A stretch of DNA of 64,000 nucleotides from Synergistales bacterium (GTDB lineage: Bacteria > Synergistota > Synergistia > Synergistales > JAFGMB01), in contig OY762654.1 of the NCBI GenBank assembly GCA_963666205.1, positions 640,001-704,000 of the forward strand, read 5' to 3'. Of the stretch, positions 18,541 through 28,996 are shown piece after piece (position 1 is the first letter of the stretch; every line of letters starts with the position of its first letter). Below the pieces are notes generated by a model, which was not told where the DNA came from, searched no databases, and saw only the letters and a program-made list of their open reading frames with translations. The translations under genes were made by a program, and so were the position numbers.

Positions 18541-19740
18541 TTACTCAAGGATTTCGGTAACTACGCCGGCGCCAACGGTATGTCCGCCTTCACGGACTGC
18601 AAAACGAAGTCCCGGCTCCATGGCGATGGGAACTATAAGCTTGACTTCGAAGTTAGCGTTGTCTCCGGGCATTACCATTTCTACTCCCTCTGGAAGCTTG
18701 ATCTCACCTGTTACGTCCGTGGTCCTGAAATAGAACTGAGGCTTGTATCCAGCAAAGAACGGGGTATGCCTTCCGCCTTCCTCTTTCTTCAATACATATA
18801 CCTCGCCCTTGAACCATGTGTGAGGTGTAATGGATCCAGGCTTGGCCAGTACCTGGCCTCGCTCTACTTCTTCCTTGCCTACTCCCCTCAGAAGTACTCC
18901 TACATTGTCTCCTGCCATGGCATTGTCAAGGATCTTACGGAACATCTCAAGAGATGTGGCTACACTCTTGACTATGTCCGTCTTCATTCCGATGATGGCT
19001 ACTTCCTCTCCAGCATTGATGACTCCTCGCTCTACCCTGCCCGTTACCACTGTCCCTCGACCCGTTATGGTAAATACATCCTCTATGGGCATAAGGAAAG
19101 GCTTGTCCATCTCCCTGGCTGGCTCCGGAATGTAACTGTCACATGCATCCATAAGCTCCCAGATACACTTGGCTTCGGGAGTCTCCTTCGTTCCTTCGCT
19201 CTCAAGAGCCCTGAGAGCACTTCCCCTGACAACCGGAATGTCATCTCCAGGGAACTCATAGGCACTCAGAAGCTCACGCACTTCCATCTCTACAAGATCA
19301 AGAAGCTCTTCGTCATCCACCTGGTCTGTCTTGTTCATGAATACTACAAGGGCCGGCACATTAACCTGACGGGCTAGAAGTACATGCTCCCTCGTCTGGG
19401 GCATGGGTCCGTCCGCTGCACTTACCACCAGAATGGCTCCGTCCATCTGGGCCGCTCCAGTGATCATGTTCTTGATGTAGTCTGCATGTCCCGGACAGTC
19501 AATATGGGCATAGTGCCTGTTATCTGTCTGGTATTCCACGTGGGCTATATTGATGGTTATTCCGCGCTCACGCTCTTCCGGTGCCTTGTCAATATCCTCA
19601 AACTTCGAAAAATCCGCAAGTCCAGCAGTCGCAAGACACTTCGTGATCGCCGCTGTTAGCGTTGTCTTTCCGTGGTCTATGTGACCTACTGTCCCTATGT
19701 TCAAATGCGGCTTCGATCTTTCAAATTTCGCCTTTGCCAT
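18541..19740 (-). CDS. tuf: Elongation factor Tu
   Basis: [26 protein letters not shown]. Confidence 0.99.
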   Translation of the reverse strand: MAKAKFERSKPHLNIGTVGHIDHGKTTLTAAITKCLATAGLADFSKFEDIDKAPEERERGITINIAHVEYQTDNRHYAHIDCPGHADYIKNMITGAAQMDGAILVVSAADGPMPQTREHVLLARQVNVPALVVFMNKTDQVDDEELLDLVEMEVRELLSAYEFPGDDIPVVRGSALRALESEGTKETPEAKCIWELMDACDSYIPEPAREMDKPFLMPIEDVFTITGRGTVVTGRVERGVINAGEEVAIIGMKTDIVKSVATSLEMFRKILDNAMAGDNVGVLLRGVGKEEVERGQVLAKPGSITPHTWFKGEVYVLKKEEGGRHTPFFAGYKPQFYFRTTDVTGEIKLPEGVEMVMPGDNANFEVKLIVPIAMEPGLRFAVREGGHTVGAGVVTEILE

Positions 19741-19896
19741 TTTCAGCTGACCTCCCTATACATATATATACATATATAGACCGCCCGTACTGGGCACTAC
19801 GCTCAGAGATTTTAACATATTTAACTGAAAACAAGAATAATACACGCAAAAAATCCGGAGCTCACACACTCCGGACTTTTAATTATTTTGAAAAAA

Positions 19897-19972
19897 TGGA
19901 GCCGACTTCCGGACTCGAACCGGAGACCCCATCCTTACCATGGATGTGCTCTACCTACTGAGCTAAGTCGGC
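19897..19972 (-). tRNA. tRNA-Thr(GGT)
   Basis: Cloverleaf, anticodon GGT, CCA. Confidence 0.97.
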
Positions 19973-19986
19973 CCGTTGTTAAGGAA

Positions 19987-20071
19987 TGGTGGTGGGAGAA
20001 GGATTCGAACCTTCGTAGACGGAGTCGGCAGATTTACAGTCTGCTGCCTTTGACCACTCGGCCATCCCACC
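19987..20071 (-). tRNA. tRNA-Tyr(GTA)
   Basis: Cloverleaf with long variable arm, anticodon GTA. Confidence 0.97.
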
Positions 20072-20091
20072 ACTACTCAGCTTTGTTTTCA

Positions 20092-20167
20092 TGGAGCCGG
20101 CGATCCGACTTGAACGGACGACCTGCTGATTACAAGTCAGCTGCTCTACCAACTGAGCTACACCGGC
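20092..20167 (-). tRNA. tRNA-Thr(TGT)
   Basis: Cloverleaf, anticodon TGT, CCA. Confidence 0.97.
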
Positions 20168-20180
20168 TTGACGCTGGTTT

Positions 20181-20208
20181 ATTATAGCGAGTCAGTTGTA
20201 ATTGTCAA
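20181..20208 (-). promoter_or_regulatory. Sigma70-type promoter of the tRNA-tuf cluster
   Basis: TTGACA-16 bp-TATAAT. Confidence 0.85.
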
Positions 20209-20217
20209 CAGGATAAA

Positions 20218-20517
20218 CTAAATAATTTCTTCCGCATTATTCATTAGAACCTTTATACCGGCCCTACTGACATATGGATTTTTTACGAAGGATCTGAATT
20301 TTTCCTTAAAACTGGAGATATCCTCATCTCCGCAGAAAATCATGAAAACCCAGTTCTTTCCAGGGAAAACATCGTTTCCCCAGTGAGTTTTCCCGGTCCG
20401 GATGTCCCTTCCGAGAACATTCTGCCACACTGTATAACCTGTGATCCCGTCATTATCAAGGATCTCCATCACTTCACCGGCTATACTTTCATTACAGAAG
20501 ATCCATACCATTTTCAA
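20218..20517 (-). CDS. PII-like transporter-associated protein (PG0541-like)
   Basis: 99 aa; GYT.W..V.G....G..H.G..V.PG.N pattern; start overlaps the RND stop. Confidence 0.7.
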   Translation of the reverse strand: MKMVWIFCNESIAGEVMEILDNDGITGYTVWQNVLGRDIRTGKTHWGNDVFPGKNWVFMIFCGDEDISSFKEKFRSFVKNPYVSRAGIKVLMNNAEEII

Positions 20518-23500
20518 GATTTACCCGCCTCCCTGGCTTCTTCAAAACGGGGTTCCCGCCGTATTCTTTCCTCTATGATACTGTAAACAACGGGTATAAG
20601 AACAAGAGTTACAACCATGGAAACCACCAGTCCTCCCATTACAGAAACAGCCAGAGGACGCCACATTTCTGCCCCCTGACCCTGGCTTAACGCCATGGGA
20701 AGCATTCCGAAAAAGGTGGTCAGGGTAGTCATAAGAATGGGTCTGAGCCTTCTTTCCCCTGCACTTATAAGGGCATCCCTCAATTTCTGTCCCCTGGCCC
20801 TGAGAAGATTGATGTAATCCACCAGCACTATGGCGTTATTGACCACTATCCCGATTAGCATTATAACGCCAAGCATTCCCTGAAGAGACATGTAAAGCCC
20901 TGTGGCAAGATAAGCCATGACCACACCGGTAAGGGCAAAGGGGATACTGAACATTATCACAAATGGATCAAGGTAGGCCTCGTATTGCCCAGCCATTACC
21001 ATATAGACAAGCAAGATCCCGAGAAGAACAAGATAGCCCATCTGGCGAAAGGCATCTCCCTGTTCCTTTATCTCTCCTCCGAATTCGATCCTGATCCCGG
21101 AGGGAGCTTCCATTCTATCAATGAATTTTTTTGCGTCTCCAGTTACCTGACCAAGGGACCTGCCTTGAACATTACCTTGAACAACTACATAACGCTGTTT
21201 GTTCTTTCTGTCTATCTGGGGTGGCCCAAGAGAATCTTTCACCTTCGCAATGGTGGAAAGGCGAACAAGGGAACCTGTGACTGAAGGGACAGTGATCCTG
21301 TCAAATATTTCAAGATCATTACGCTGATCCTCGCTCAATTGGACCCTTATGGGATAATCATCTTCATTATCCCAGAAGCTCTCACTGGTCTCGAAACCGT
21401 ATAAATAAGTTCTCAGAGTTCCTGCTATGGCAGCTGTGTTAACTCCCATGAGAGCCGCCCTTTCCTTATCTATAGAAATCCACATCTCGGGCCTGCCCTG
21501 TTTCTGGCTTAGAGAAAGATCCACTGCCCCCGGGATCTTTGCAAGACCCTCCCTGACCTTATCCGCCACCTTCATAACCTGCTCCAGATCATCTCCATAG
21601 ACTTCGATATTCAGAGGTTTTGCTCCGAGAAAAAGAGATTTTATGGGCGAGGTTACCTGAACTGTCATCTTTTCGATCCCAGGTATGGCTCTCAACCATT
21701 TCCTTACAAGCTGGGCTACCTCAAAGGCTGATCGTTCACGGTCACCCTTATCCACAAGTTTCATTCCCACTGTTCCTATATTTGGACCGGATTCCTGTCC
21801 TGCTGCGACTGCGAAACCATCATCTCCCGAACCGTCATAACCATATACCGTAATTGCCTCAGGAATGTTATCTTCACTGAAACGTATGACCTTCCTTACA
21901 AGTTCATCTGTGGCTTCTACACGAGTCCCTTCAGGAAGGGTAAAGGTTATTTCCACATCTCCGGTATCCGGATCAGGGGTAAGTTCGGTACCTATAAACT
22001 TGAAACCGGTGAATGTCATCACCAGGAGGAGTATGGACATGGCAATTATTTTCTTCCTGTTGTTCAAAGCCCAGCCCAGGAGATCTGCATAACCTTTCTC
22101 CATCCTGGCAAGGCCCTTATCTGTAATACGATGGAGGAATGCATTGGATACATCCCTGTGGAAAAACCTGCTCGCCATGGTAGGTATGAATGACAGACTG
22201 ACAAAAAGCGAAGCAACCACTGCAAGGACCATAACCACTGTGAGGGATGAGAAAAAGACACCCACCAGTCCGGAAATAAAGGCCAGCGGCAAAAGGACTA
22301 CCGCTGTTGTAAGCGTAGATGCAATAAGCGCTGAACCAACCTCACCCGATCCCAGAACGGCGGCAATATGCTTTCTTTCTCCCTGTTCAATATGATGGAT
22401 TATCTGATCAGTCGCAACAATTGAGTTATCCACCACCATCCCGGAGGCCACCGCAAGGGCAGAGAGAGTAAAGATATTGATCGTATAGTCAAGTTTCCCC
22501 ATGGCAATGAAGGTAATGATCAACGAAAAGGGAATGGAACTGCATACAACAAGAGACGCAGGAAGCCGCTTGAGAAAGAGCCATGTCACAAGGAATACAA
22601 GCAGTATCCCTGCCAGGAGGGAATGGGTAAGATTACGAAGGGCCATTATTATGAAATCCGCAGTATCCATGGCAATATGATATTCCACACCACTGGGAAA
22701 AACGGTTGCCTCCATCTCCTTCAGTTTTTCGTGAATAGCCCTGGATACCTCTATTGTGTTTGCATCGCTGTTCTTCAATACAGCCATAAACAGAGCGGGC
22801 TGATCAAAGTGCCAAGAGTAGAGTTTCTGTTCCCTGTAGGTATCCCTGATATCAGCTACCTGAGACAGGTAAACAGCTTTACCATTGTTGGTGCCAATTA
22901 CCAGATCTCCTATTTCCTCTACACTTGAGAAACGCCCCGGGACCCTCACATAATATTCGGTACTTCCCTGTTTCATGGAACCGGCAGGAATATTTACATT
23001 AGATCTCTCAAGGGCCCCGGTAACAGCTTGTGGTGGGAGATGAAGAGCTTCCAGCTTTTCCAGGTCAAGCTCGACCCTTATCTCCCTGTTCATACCTCCA
23101 TATACCAGCACTTTGCCCACTCCAGGGATCCTGGAGAGTTCTTCAATAACCACATCATCTGCAAAGTGGGCCAATCCCTGAAATCCTTTTTTGGTAGTAA
23201 GGGACATACCTATAACCGGAATGGCCCCTGATGTTATCTGCAATAGAACAGGTTCATCGATATCATCGGGCATTTCGGCCTTTGCCATGGGGATTATATC
23301 CCGCACATCACCCGCCTTTACATCAAGATCTGTTCCCCATTTGAACTTAACTGTTACTACTGAAATGTTATCCAGTGATTTGGAATATATATCGTCTACT
23401 CCCTCTATTAAAGAAACATAATCCTCCATAGTCTTGGTCACCCGCTGTTCCACATCGCTTGCAGAAGCTCCGGGCCAGGGAACAATAATATTGATCATAG

Positions 23501-23627
23501 GAGGCTCAATGTCGGGCAGCATATCCATTTTAAGGTGCATAAGGGAGATACTTCCTACCAGGATTATGGCCAGAAAGAACATGAGAGCTGCCACATGACG
23601 CCTGACGGATATTTCGGGCAGTTTCAC
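20514..23627 (-). CDS. RND efflux permease (AcrB/AcrD/AcrF family)
   Basis: 1037 aa; PGASASDVE, GMVVDNSIV, GIVVNNAIVLVD, RLRPILMTT. Confidence 0.96.
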   Translation of the reverse strand: MKLPEISVRRHVAALMFFLAIILVGSISLMHLKMDMLPDIEPPMINIIVPWPGASASDVEQRVTKTMEDYVSLIEGVDDIYSKSLDNISVVTVKFKWGTDLDVKAGDVRDIIPMAKAEMPDDIDEPVLLQITSGAIPVIGMSLTTKKGFQGLAHFADDVVIEELSRIPGVGKVLVYGGMNREIRVELDLEKLEALHLPPQAVTGALERSNVNIPAGSMKQGSTEYYVRVPGRFSSVEEIGDLVIGTNNGKAVYLSQVADIRDTYREQKLYSWHFDQPALFMAVLKNSDANTIEVSRAIHEKLKEMEATVFPSGVEYHIAMDTADFIIMALRNLTHSLLAGILLVFLVTWLFLKRLPASLVVCSSIPFSLIITFIAMGKLDYTINIFTLSALAVASGMVVDNSIVATDQIIHHIEQGERKHIAAVLGSGEVGSALIASTLTTAVVLLPLAFISGLVGVFFSSLTVVMVLAVVASLFVSLSFIPTMASRFFHRDVSNAFLHRITDKGLARMEKGYADLLGWALNNRKKIIAMSILLLVMTFTGFKFIGTELTPDPDTGDVEITFTLPEGTRVEATDELVRKVIRFSEDNIPEAITVYGYDGSGDDGFAVAAGQESGPNIGTVGMKLVDKGDRERSAFEVAQLVRKWLRAIPGIEKMTVQVTSPIKSLFLGAKPLNIEVYGDDLEQVMKVADKVREGLAKIPGAVDLSLSQKQGRPEMWISIDKERAALMGVNTAAIAGTLRTYLYGFETSESFWDNEDDYPIRVQLSEDQRNDLEIFDRITVPSVTGSLVRLSTIAKVKDSLGPPQIDRKNKQRYVVVQGNVQGRSLGQVTGDAKKFIDRMEAPSGIRIEFGGEIKEQGDAFRQMGYLVLLGILLVYMVMAGQYEAYLDPFVIMFSIPFALTGVVMAYLATGLYMSLQGMLGVIMLIGIVVNNAIVLVDYINLLRARGQKLRDALISAGERRLRPILMTTLTTFFGMLPMALSQGQGAEMWRPLAVSVMGGLVVSMVVTLVLIPVVYSIIEERIRREPRFEEAREAGKS

Positions 23628-24715
23628 TCCCCGATCACCTCTACTTTCAGACCATCCCTCAGTTTCTCTGTAATGGTCGAGATCACCTTTTCATCAGGAG
23701 ATAGTCCCTGGGGAATCTCCACCATATTTTTATCCTCGGTTCCAATTCTGACCACCCTACGTGAAACCTGATCTCCAGAGACAACAAAGAATTGGAATTC
23801 ACCGGTTCCAGGAAGAGGTCTAACCACATCTTTTGGAATAGCCAGACCTTCATTAGACCCGGTTTCAATTGAAACCCTCGCAAAGGCACCAGGTTTAAGG
23901 ATTCCTTCTGAATTTAGCATCACTTCTACCTGCCCTGTCCTTGTAACAGGATCCAATGTAGGAGAAAGGCGTCTAACCTTTGCCTCAAAAAGCCTCCCAG
24001 GAAGAGCATCAACGGTTATAGACACAGGCTGCCCCTTATTGATCCTGAAAAATGCAGACTCGGGAACTGAACCTGTAACCTTGACCTCGTCCTGCTGATT
24101 TATTATGAATGAAGGGATCTGGGCTGAAGACGTATCTCCAGGATCAATATTTCTTTTACTTATGATCCCTGAAACAGGAGAATTGATCCGGTGATAACCA
24201 AGCATTAACTCCATCTGTTCAAGAGAAGCTTCGGCCTCCCTGACCTGACTAAGTGAGGCACAGTACTCCGCATCCACATGGTCAAAGTACTGCTGGCTTA
24301 TGACCTGTTCTTTCAAAAGGTTCTTCATCCGCTTGTGATCACTCTTGAGGGTTTCACACTGAACTCTGGCCTTGGAGAGGAGAGCTTTCACCCTCTCCAT
24401 ATCCTGCCTTACCAGACTATCGTCCACTACTGCAAGTACATCACCCGCGTTAACAGGATCTCCCTCTTCCACGTTTACCCTGAGGACTGTTTTTCCAGGA
24501 ACTTTGCACACCACCGCGGCCATGTTCTCCGGTCTTATTTCCGCTGTAAAGGAGACCGTTTCAATGAATCGATAGTTACAGGGTCTTACTACTTTCACTT
24601 TCGGAATTTCCACTTTCACTGTCTGTTTCTGCTGAATACCATGCTGATACCCTCGAAAAACAAGCAATGCTGCAAATGCTGCAACAATACTGAAAATGAA
24701 GAGGATCTTCTTCAA
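23624..24715 (-). CDS. RND periplasmic adaptor (membrane fusion protein)
   Basis: N-terminal anchor, VEEGDPV, coiled hairpin, I.SPVSG, DPVTRT, LKPG. Confidence 0.93.
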   Translation of the reverse strand: MKKILFIFSIVAAFAALLVFRGYQHGIQQKQTVKVEIPKVKVVRPCNYRFIETVSFTAEIRPENMAAVVCKVPGKTVLRVNVEEGDPVNAGDVLAVVDDSLVRQDMERVKALLSKARVQCETLKSDHKRMKNLLKEQVISQQYFDHVDAEYCASLSQVREAEASLEQMELMLGYHRINSPVSGIISKRNIDPGDTSSAQIPSFIINQQDEVKVTGSVPESAFFRINKGQPVSITVDALPGRLFEAKVRRLSPTLDPVTRTGQVEVMLNSEGILKPGAFARVSIETGSNEGLAIPKDVVRPLPGTGEFQFFVVSGDQVSRRVVRIGTEDKNMVEIPQGLSPDEKVISTITEKLRDGLKVEVIGE

Positions 24716-24727
24716 ACTCTCTTCCCC

Positions 24728-26110
24728 CTATTCTTCGACAAAGTAAGAATGCAGACCCAAAGCAAAGAGCAGATCAGCCCTGGATTGAAAGACATCGTAA
24801 ACGGAATCCACCAGCTGGTTGCGGGCGTTTATGAGGGCGACCCTGGAGTCGAGTACATCCAGGTTGGTTCCCACCTGGGACCTGTAACGGCGGAGGGCCA
24901 TGCGGTAATCCTCTTCTGCGCTCTTCACCTGATCCTTTGCTACGGATACCCGCTGACCCGACGACCGGAGATTAAGAAGGGCCGTTGAAAGCTCCAGGCC
25001 TATCTGCTTTTTCAGGTCCTCTAACCGGTAGAGAAGTTCATCCGCTGCAGCCTTCGCCTCCGCTGACCTGGCCCGGCTCTGTCCTCCGTCATATAACTTC
25101 CAGCTGGCTGCTATGGAAACCTTCCAGTCATCCTGAAGTTCCGGGAAGAACTCATCATCCACCACGTAAGTCTCTCCCCTGAGCACCACCTGTGGACCGC
25201 CCTGTCCTGCGGCTGCCTTCGACAGGGCCAGGGCTGAGAGGCGGGACCTATCGAGGGCCTTAAGTTCAGGCCGGTTATCAAAGGCCGTTTCCTGAAGGTT
25301 CTGTGGTATTTCGAAACTGCCTGGGGATGTTTCTCCTTCGGGCAGTACATACCGATTCCTCAGATCCACTCCCACTGACCTCTCCAGGGCCGACCATGCC
25401 ACATCCACGCTGTTGGCCCCTTTGATACGGTTGAGCTCGGAGTTGGAAACCTCCACCTGGACCCTCAGCACCTCGTTCTTTGCCACCACTCCATTTTCGA
25501 AGAAGAGGGTAACTTCCCTGAGATGTTCCTTTGCAAGGTTAAGGGCCTCCTCTGCAACTGACAGGCGGGCCCTCGCCCGCTGGAGGTTGTAGTAGGAAGT
25601 GTAAACATTGTTATCAACTGCCTGGTATGTCCTCCTCACCCTGGCTTTGACAGCTTCCAGCTCCAGGTCCTTTTCCTGGACGCTGTGTTTTACTGCCCCG
25701 CCTGTATAGAGGAGGTAGGTGAAGTTGAGGGCGGCCCTGTAGGTATCTTCAAAACCGTTGACAGCATTGCCCAGGTAGGAACCGTCTGTTCCATAGACCG
25801 GAAGTAAAGGTTCCTCTCCGCTCTTCTGGTATATAAGTTCCGTACCCAGGGAGGGATAGAGGGAAGACTTTGCCTGGTTCAGCTGTTCCTCCGACTGTTT
25901 CACCTGCTGCCGTGCTGCGGACAGTAACGGGTTGTTCTGTGAGGCCAGCTCAAGGGCTGTTTCAATGGTCAGAAGGGATAACCCTTCTGATGACCAGGCC
26001 TGACGGCCAATAAAAAGGACCACAAAACAGCAGAGGAACAGGAAATAATGCCCTTTACTGGTACGCAGACAAAATGAATATATATTTGCCTTGCTTTTCT
26101 GCCCTTTCAT
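24728..26110 (-). CDS. TolC-family outer-membrane efflux protein
   Basis: ALELASQNNP.L, YYNL, RPEL, G.NLDVLD repeats; operon context. Confidence 0.92.
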   Translation of the reverse strand: MKGQKSKANIYSFCLRTSKGHYFLFLCCFVVLFIGRQAWSSEGLSLLTIETALELASQNNPLLSAARQQVKQSEEQLNQAKSSLYPSLGTELIYQKSGEEPLLPVYGTDGSYLGNAVNGFEDTYRAALNFTYLLYTGGAVKHSVQEKDLELEAVKARVRRTYQAVDNNVYTSYYNLQRARARLSVAEEALNLAKEHLREVTLFFENGVVAKNEVLRVQVEVSNSELNRIKGANSVDVAWSALERSVGVDLRNRYVLPEGETSPGSFEIPQNLQETAFDNRPELKALDRSRLSALALSKAAAGQGGPQVVLRGETYVVDDEFFPELQDDWKVSIAASWKLYDGGQSRARSAEAKAAADELLYRLEDLKKQIGLELSTALLNLRSSGQRVSVAKDQVKSAEEDYRMALRRYRSQVGTNLDVLDSRVALINARNQLVDSVYDVFQSRADLLFALGLHSYFVEE

Positions 26111-26715
26111 TTTTGTTCTCCTTCTGTTAACAGTTTATTGACAAGAAATCTCCAGAATTTTTTAACAAGTGCTGGATTTCTTTTGAATTGAAGATCCAGT
26201 AATAGGCCGTTGAATACGGCTTCAAGGAGAAGGATGAGTTCCTTTAGATCCAACTCTTCCCTGGATCTGCTGATATCCGGAGCAAATTCAGTTATCTTTG
26301 CGATAAGTTCATTTATTGTTGAATCCAGAATATCTATAGCGATATCGGCAACTTCAGTATTCCCTCTCTGGGCTTCAACACTGATATGAAGCCATAACAG
26401 GGTATTTTCCCTGCTTGACAGGTGAAAATCGATGAGTCTTTCCCCTCTTTCAAGAAAGAACTGTTTCAGGTCTTTGTCCTGCAGATCCTCTTTTCGGGGA
26501 AACACGATCTTTTTTACATTAGCGGCTTCATTCTCCAGAACTGCCTTGAAGAGATCCCGCTTGCTTTTGAAATGCCAGTAAATAGCTCCCTTGCTAAGTC
26601 CGGTTTTTTTTGTAATGGAGTCCATACTTGTCGCATAATAGCCACGAGCAGCAAATTCTGAACGGGCAATATTCAGGATATGCAGTTTTGTGTTCCCTTC
26701 TTTATTTTTGTCCAT
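26107..26715 (-). CDS. TetR/AcrR family regulator
   Basis: FAARGY.ATSMD.I....GLSKGAIYWHFKSK HTH. Confidence 0.95.
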   Translation of the reverse strand: MDKNKEGNTKLHILNIARSEFAARGYYATSMDSITKKTGLSKGAIYWHFKSKRDLFKAVLENEAANVKKIVFPRKEDLQDKDLKQFFLERGERLIDFHLSSRENTLLWLHISVEAQRGNTEVADIAIDILDSTINELIAKITEFAPDISRSREELDLKELILLLEAVFNGLLLDLQFKRNPALVKKFWRFLVNKLLTEGEQK

Positions 26716-26727
26716 TGCTCCACCTCC

Positions 26728-26800
26728 CGACCGGTCAGTCTATAGTTATCTTAAATTAATACCGACTGACCGGTCTGTCAAGGTCAGTCGGTATTAATTT
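26728..26800 (-). promoter_or_regulatory. Promoter of the tetR-efflux operon overlapped by palindromic operator boxes
   Basis: TTGACA(26776-81)-17 bp-TAATTT; 19-bp IR aaattaataccgactgacc/ggtcagtcggtattaattt; repeated GACTGACCGGTC boxes. Confidence 0.7.
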
Positions 26801-26848
26801 GCAAAAAAAAGCTGCCCTGTGATGGGCAGCAAGGAATCAGATATCGAG

Positions 26849-28198
26849 CTAAAGTACCAGAACATATCTGGCAATTTCAAAATAGACTATAAGTCCGAAG
26901 ACGTCCACAATGGTAGTTATAAAAGGACCGGACATTATAGCCGGATCTATCTTAAGCATTCGAGCAATGACCGGAAGAAATGCTCCTGCCAGATTCCCCA
27001 GAAGAACAACCGCAATTATTGCGAGGGCTACAGTAATAGCCACCCCGCTTCCGGTACCCAGCATATAAGCCCTTCCCAGACCAAGGACAGCCAAGGCGCA
27101 TCCAAGCATTAGACCTGTAATGGTCTCCCTTGCTATAACCTTCCAGATATCCTTCCATTCTATCTCGCCAAGGGTCATTCCTCGAATAACAAGCGTTGCT
27201 GCCTGGGTTCCTGCATTTCCACCTGTGCCTATTAGAAGGGGGATAAAAAATGTTAGCGAGACGACACTCTGGAGAGCGAATGAATACTTTTTTAATACTG
27301 TTGAAGTAATAGTTTCTGTCAGGATACATATAAGAAGCCACATAAACCTTTTCCTGGCTATGGTGAACATATTTGCATCCATATAACTTTCTTCTACAGG
27401 CTGAATACCAGCCATTCTCTCAAAGTCCTCAGTGGCCTCTTCTTCCAGAATATCAAGAACATCATCAAAAGTAACTATTCCAACAAGTCTTTCCTCCCTG
27501 TCAACAACGGGAATAGCCTGCATATCATACCTTGACATCACTTGAGCAACTTCTTCCTGGTCTGTCTGGGTATGAACGTAGATCGGTTCATCCATTAGAG
27601 ATGAAAGAGATGTATGTGGTTCTGCCATTATCAGATCTTCAAGTTCAACTACCCCCTTGAGATGTCTCTTGGATTCCAGGACAAAACAGGTGTATATGGT
27701 TTCCTTGCTTCTGGCATTTTTCCGGATCCTATCTATGGCTTCCTCTGCGGTCATAGCTTCTTTCAGATCAATATACTCAGGTGTCATTATTCTTCCTGCT
27801 GAATCATCAGGATAGTTCAGGAGGGTATTAGCTACCTTCCTTTCATCTGGAGAAAGTTGAAGTAAGAGTTTTTTTACAGTCTTGGCAGGAAGTTCATCAA
27901 AGAGGGCTGTGCGGTCATCATCAGACATTTCTTCGATTATCTCCCGCATTTCTTCGTCTGTCGAATGATGAAGAAGTTCTTCCCTTTCTGGACCTTCCAT
28001 CATTTCGAAAACATCTATGGCAAGATCCTTTGGAAGAAGCCTGAAAAGAAGGACCCTGGTTACAGGCTGAAATTCATATAACATTTCAGCAATGTCAGCG
28101 GGTTCAACTGGAGAAAGGATTTCCTTGACCTTCCTGTAATCCTTCTTTTTCAGCAGGTCACTTATATCATGTAAAAGTTTCTCGAAATTATAAATCAT
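26849..28198 (-). CDS. mgtE: Magnesium transporter MgtE
   Basis: PADIAE, DDRT, YP.DSAGRIMT, CBS pair, GTGGNAGTQ, DPAIMSGPFITTIVD; likely start ATG 28198. Confidence 0.96.
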   Translation of the reverse strand: MIYNFEKLLHDISDLLKKKDYRKVKEILSPVEPADIAEMLYEFQPVTRVLLFRLLPKDLAIDVFEMMEGPEREELLHHSTDEEMREIIEEMSDDDRTALFDELPAKTVKKLLLQLSPDERKVANTLLNYPDDSAGRIMTPEYIDLKEAMTAEEAIDRIRKNARSKETIYTCFVLESKRHLKGVVELEDLIMAEPHTSLSSLMDEPIYVHTQTDQEEVAQVMSRYDMQAIPVVDREERLVGIVTFDDVLDILEEEATEDFERMAGIQPVEESYMDANMFTIARKRFMWLLICILTETITSTVLKKYSFALQSVVSLTFFIPLLIGTGGNAGTQAATLVIRGMTLGEIEWKDIWKVIARETITGLMLGCALAVLGLGRAYMLGTGSGVAITVALAIIAVVLLGNLAGAFLPVIARMLKIDPAIMSGPFITTIVDVFGLIVYFEIARYVLVL

Positions 28199-28510
28199 TG
28201 GGGCATCTCTCCCTTCTTTATGGGAATACCACAAATCTGCACAAGGATAAATCCTCTGGAAATGAATATCCGTGAACAAAGTTGTAAAAAAGTACAATTT
28301 GATAGATCAAGGGGAGTGGCTTTCTGGGAATGACGCCACACCCGGCAGACGCCGGGCATGGGAATGAATAAAAGGATTAAGGGAACATGCCTGGAGCCTG
28401 GATTTACATTTCAGATTCGTAACTGCTACACAAAGGAACCGAGCCGCTTTCCATTTACATCTCCTTCTCGTTTTATGAAATATGAAAGAACAATATATTA
28501 AAAAATAACA

Positions 28511-28542
28511 CACAGGGCGCCCTCTGTCGAGGTACGCCCTGT
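28511..28542 (-). terminator. Hairpin after rpsI
   Basis: CACAGGGCG / CGCCCTGTG stem followed by T-rich tract on the minus strand. Confidence 0.65.
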
Positions 28543-28579
28543 GATATAGAACAAACCAGATTTCAGGAAAGTGCTTCTG

Positions 28580-28975
28580 TTAACGCTTGGAGTACTGGTA
28601 GCGCCCGCGGGCACCCTTGAGACCGAATTTCTTTCTTTCGACCATACGGGGATCTCTCGTAAGCATTCCAGCCTTTTTAAGTACAGGGCGAAGCTCTGGA
28701 TTCAGCTTTAAAAGTGCACGAGCTATACCAAGACGAACTGCACCAGACTGACCGGTAAGTCCGCCTCCGCTGGTCCTGACAAAGACATCTACCTTACCTT
28801 CAATGCCAGCGACCTTCAGTGGTTCAAGCGCATGGGATTGCCAGGAAGACCTTGGGAAATAATCCTCAACTACTCTTTCATTGACAAGAATTTTTCCATC
28901 CCCGGGACGTACCCGTACCCGAGCAAGGGCATTCTTTCTTCTTCCCGTTCCCCAATAATACGAAGGAGTCTGCAT
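28580..28975 (-). CDS. rpsI: 30S ribosomal protein S9
   Basis: GTGRRK, GGGLTGQ, LTRDPRMVERKK, QYSKR. Confidence 0.98.
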   Translation of the reverse strand: MQTPSYYWGTGRRKNALARVRVRPGDGKILVNERVVEDYFPRSSWQSHALEPLKVAGIEGKVDVFVRTSGGGLTGQSGAVRLGIARALLKLNPELRPVLKKAGMLTRDPRMVERKKFGLKGARGRYQYSKR

Positions 28976-28996
28976 GTCTTTTAACCTCCCCTCAGC

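Noticed and set aside
28200-28500. M-box riboswitch before mgtE
   Set aside because: Conserved M-box core not seen; reported instead as a candidate leader-peptide region
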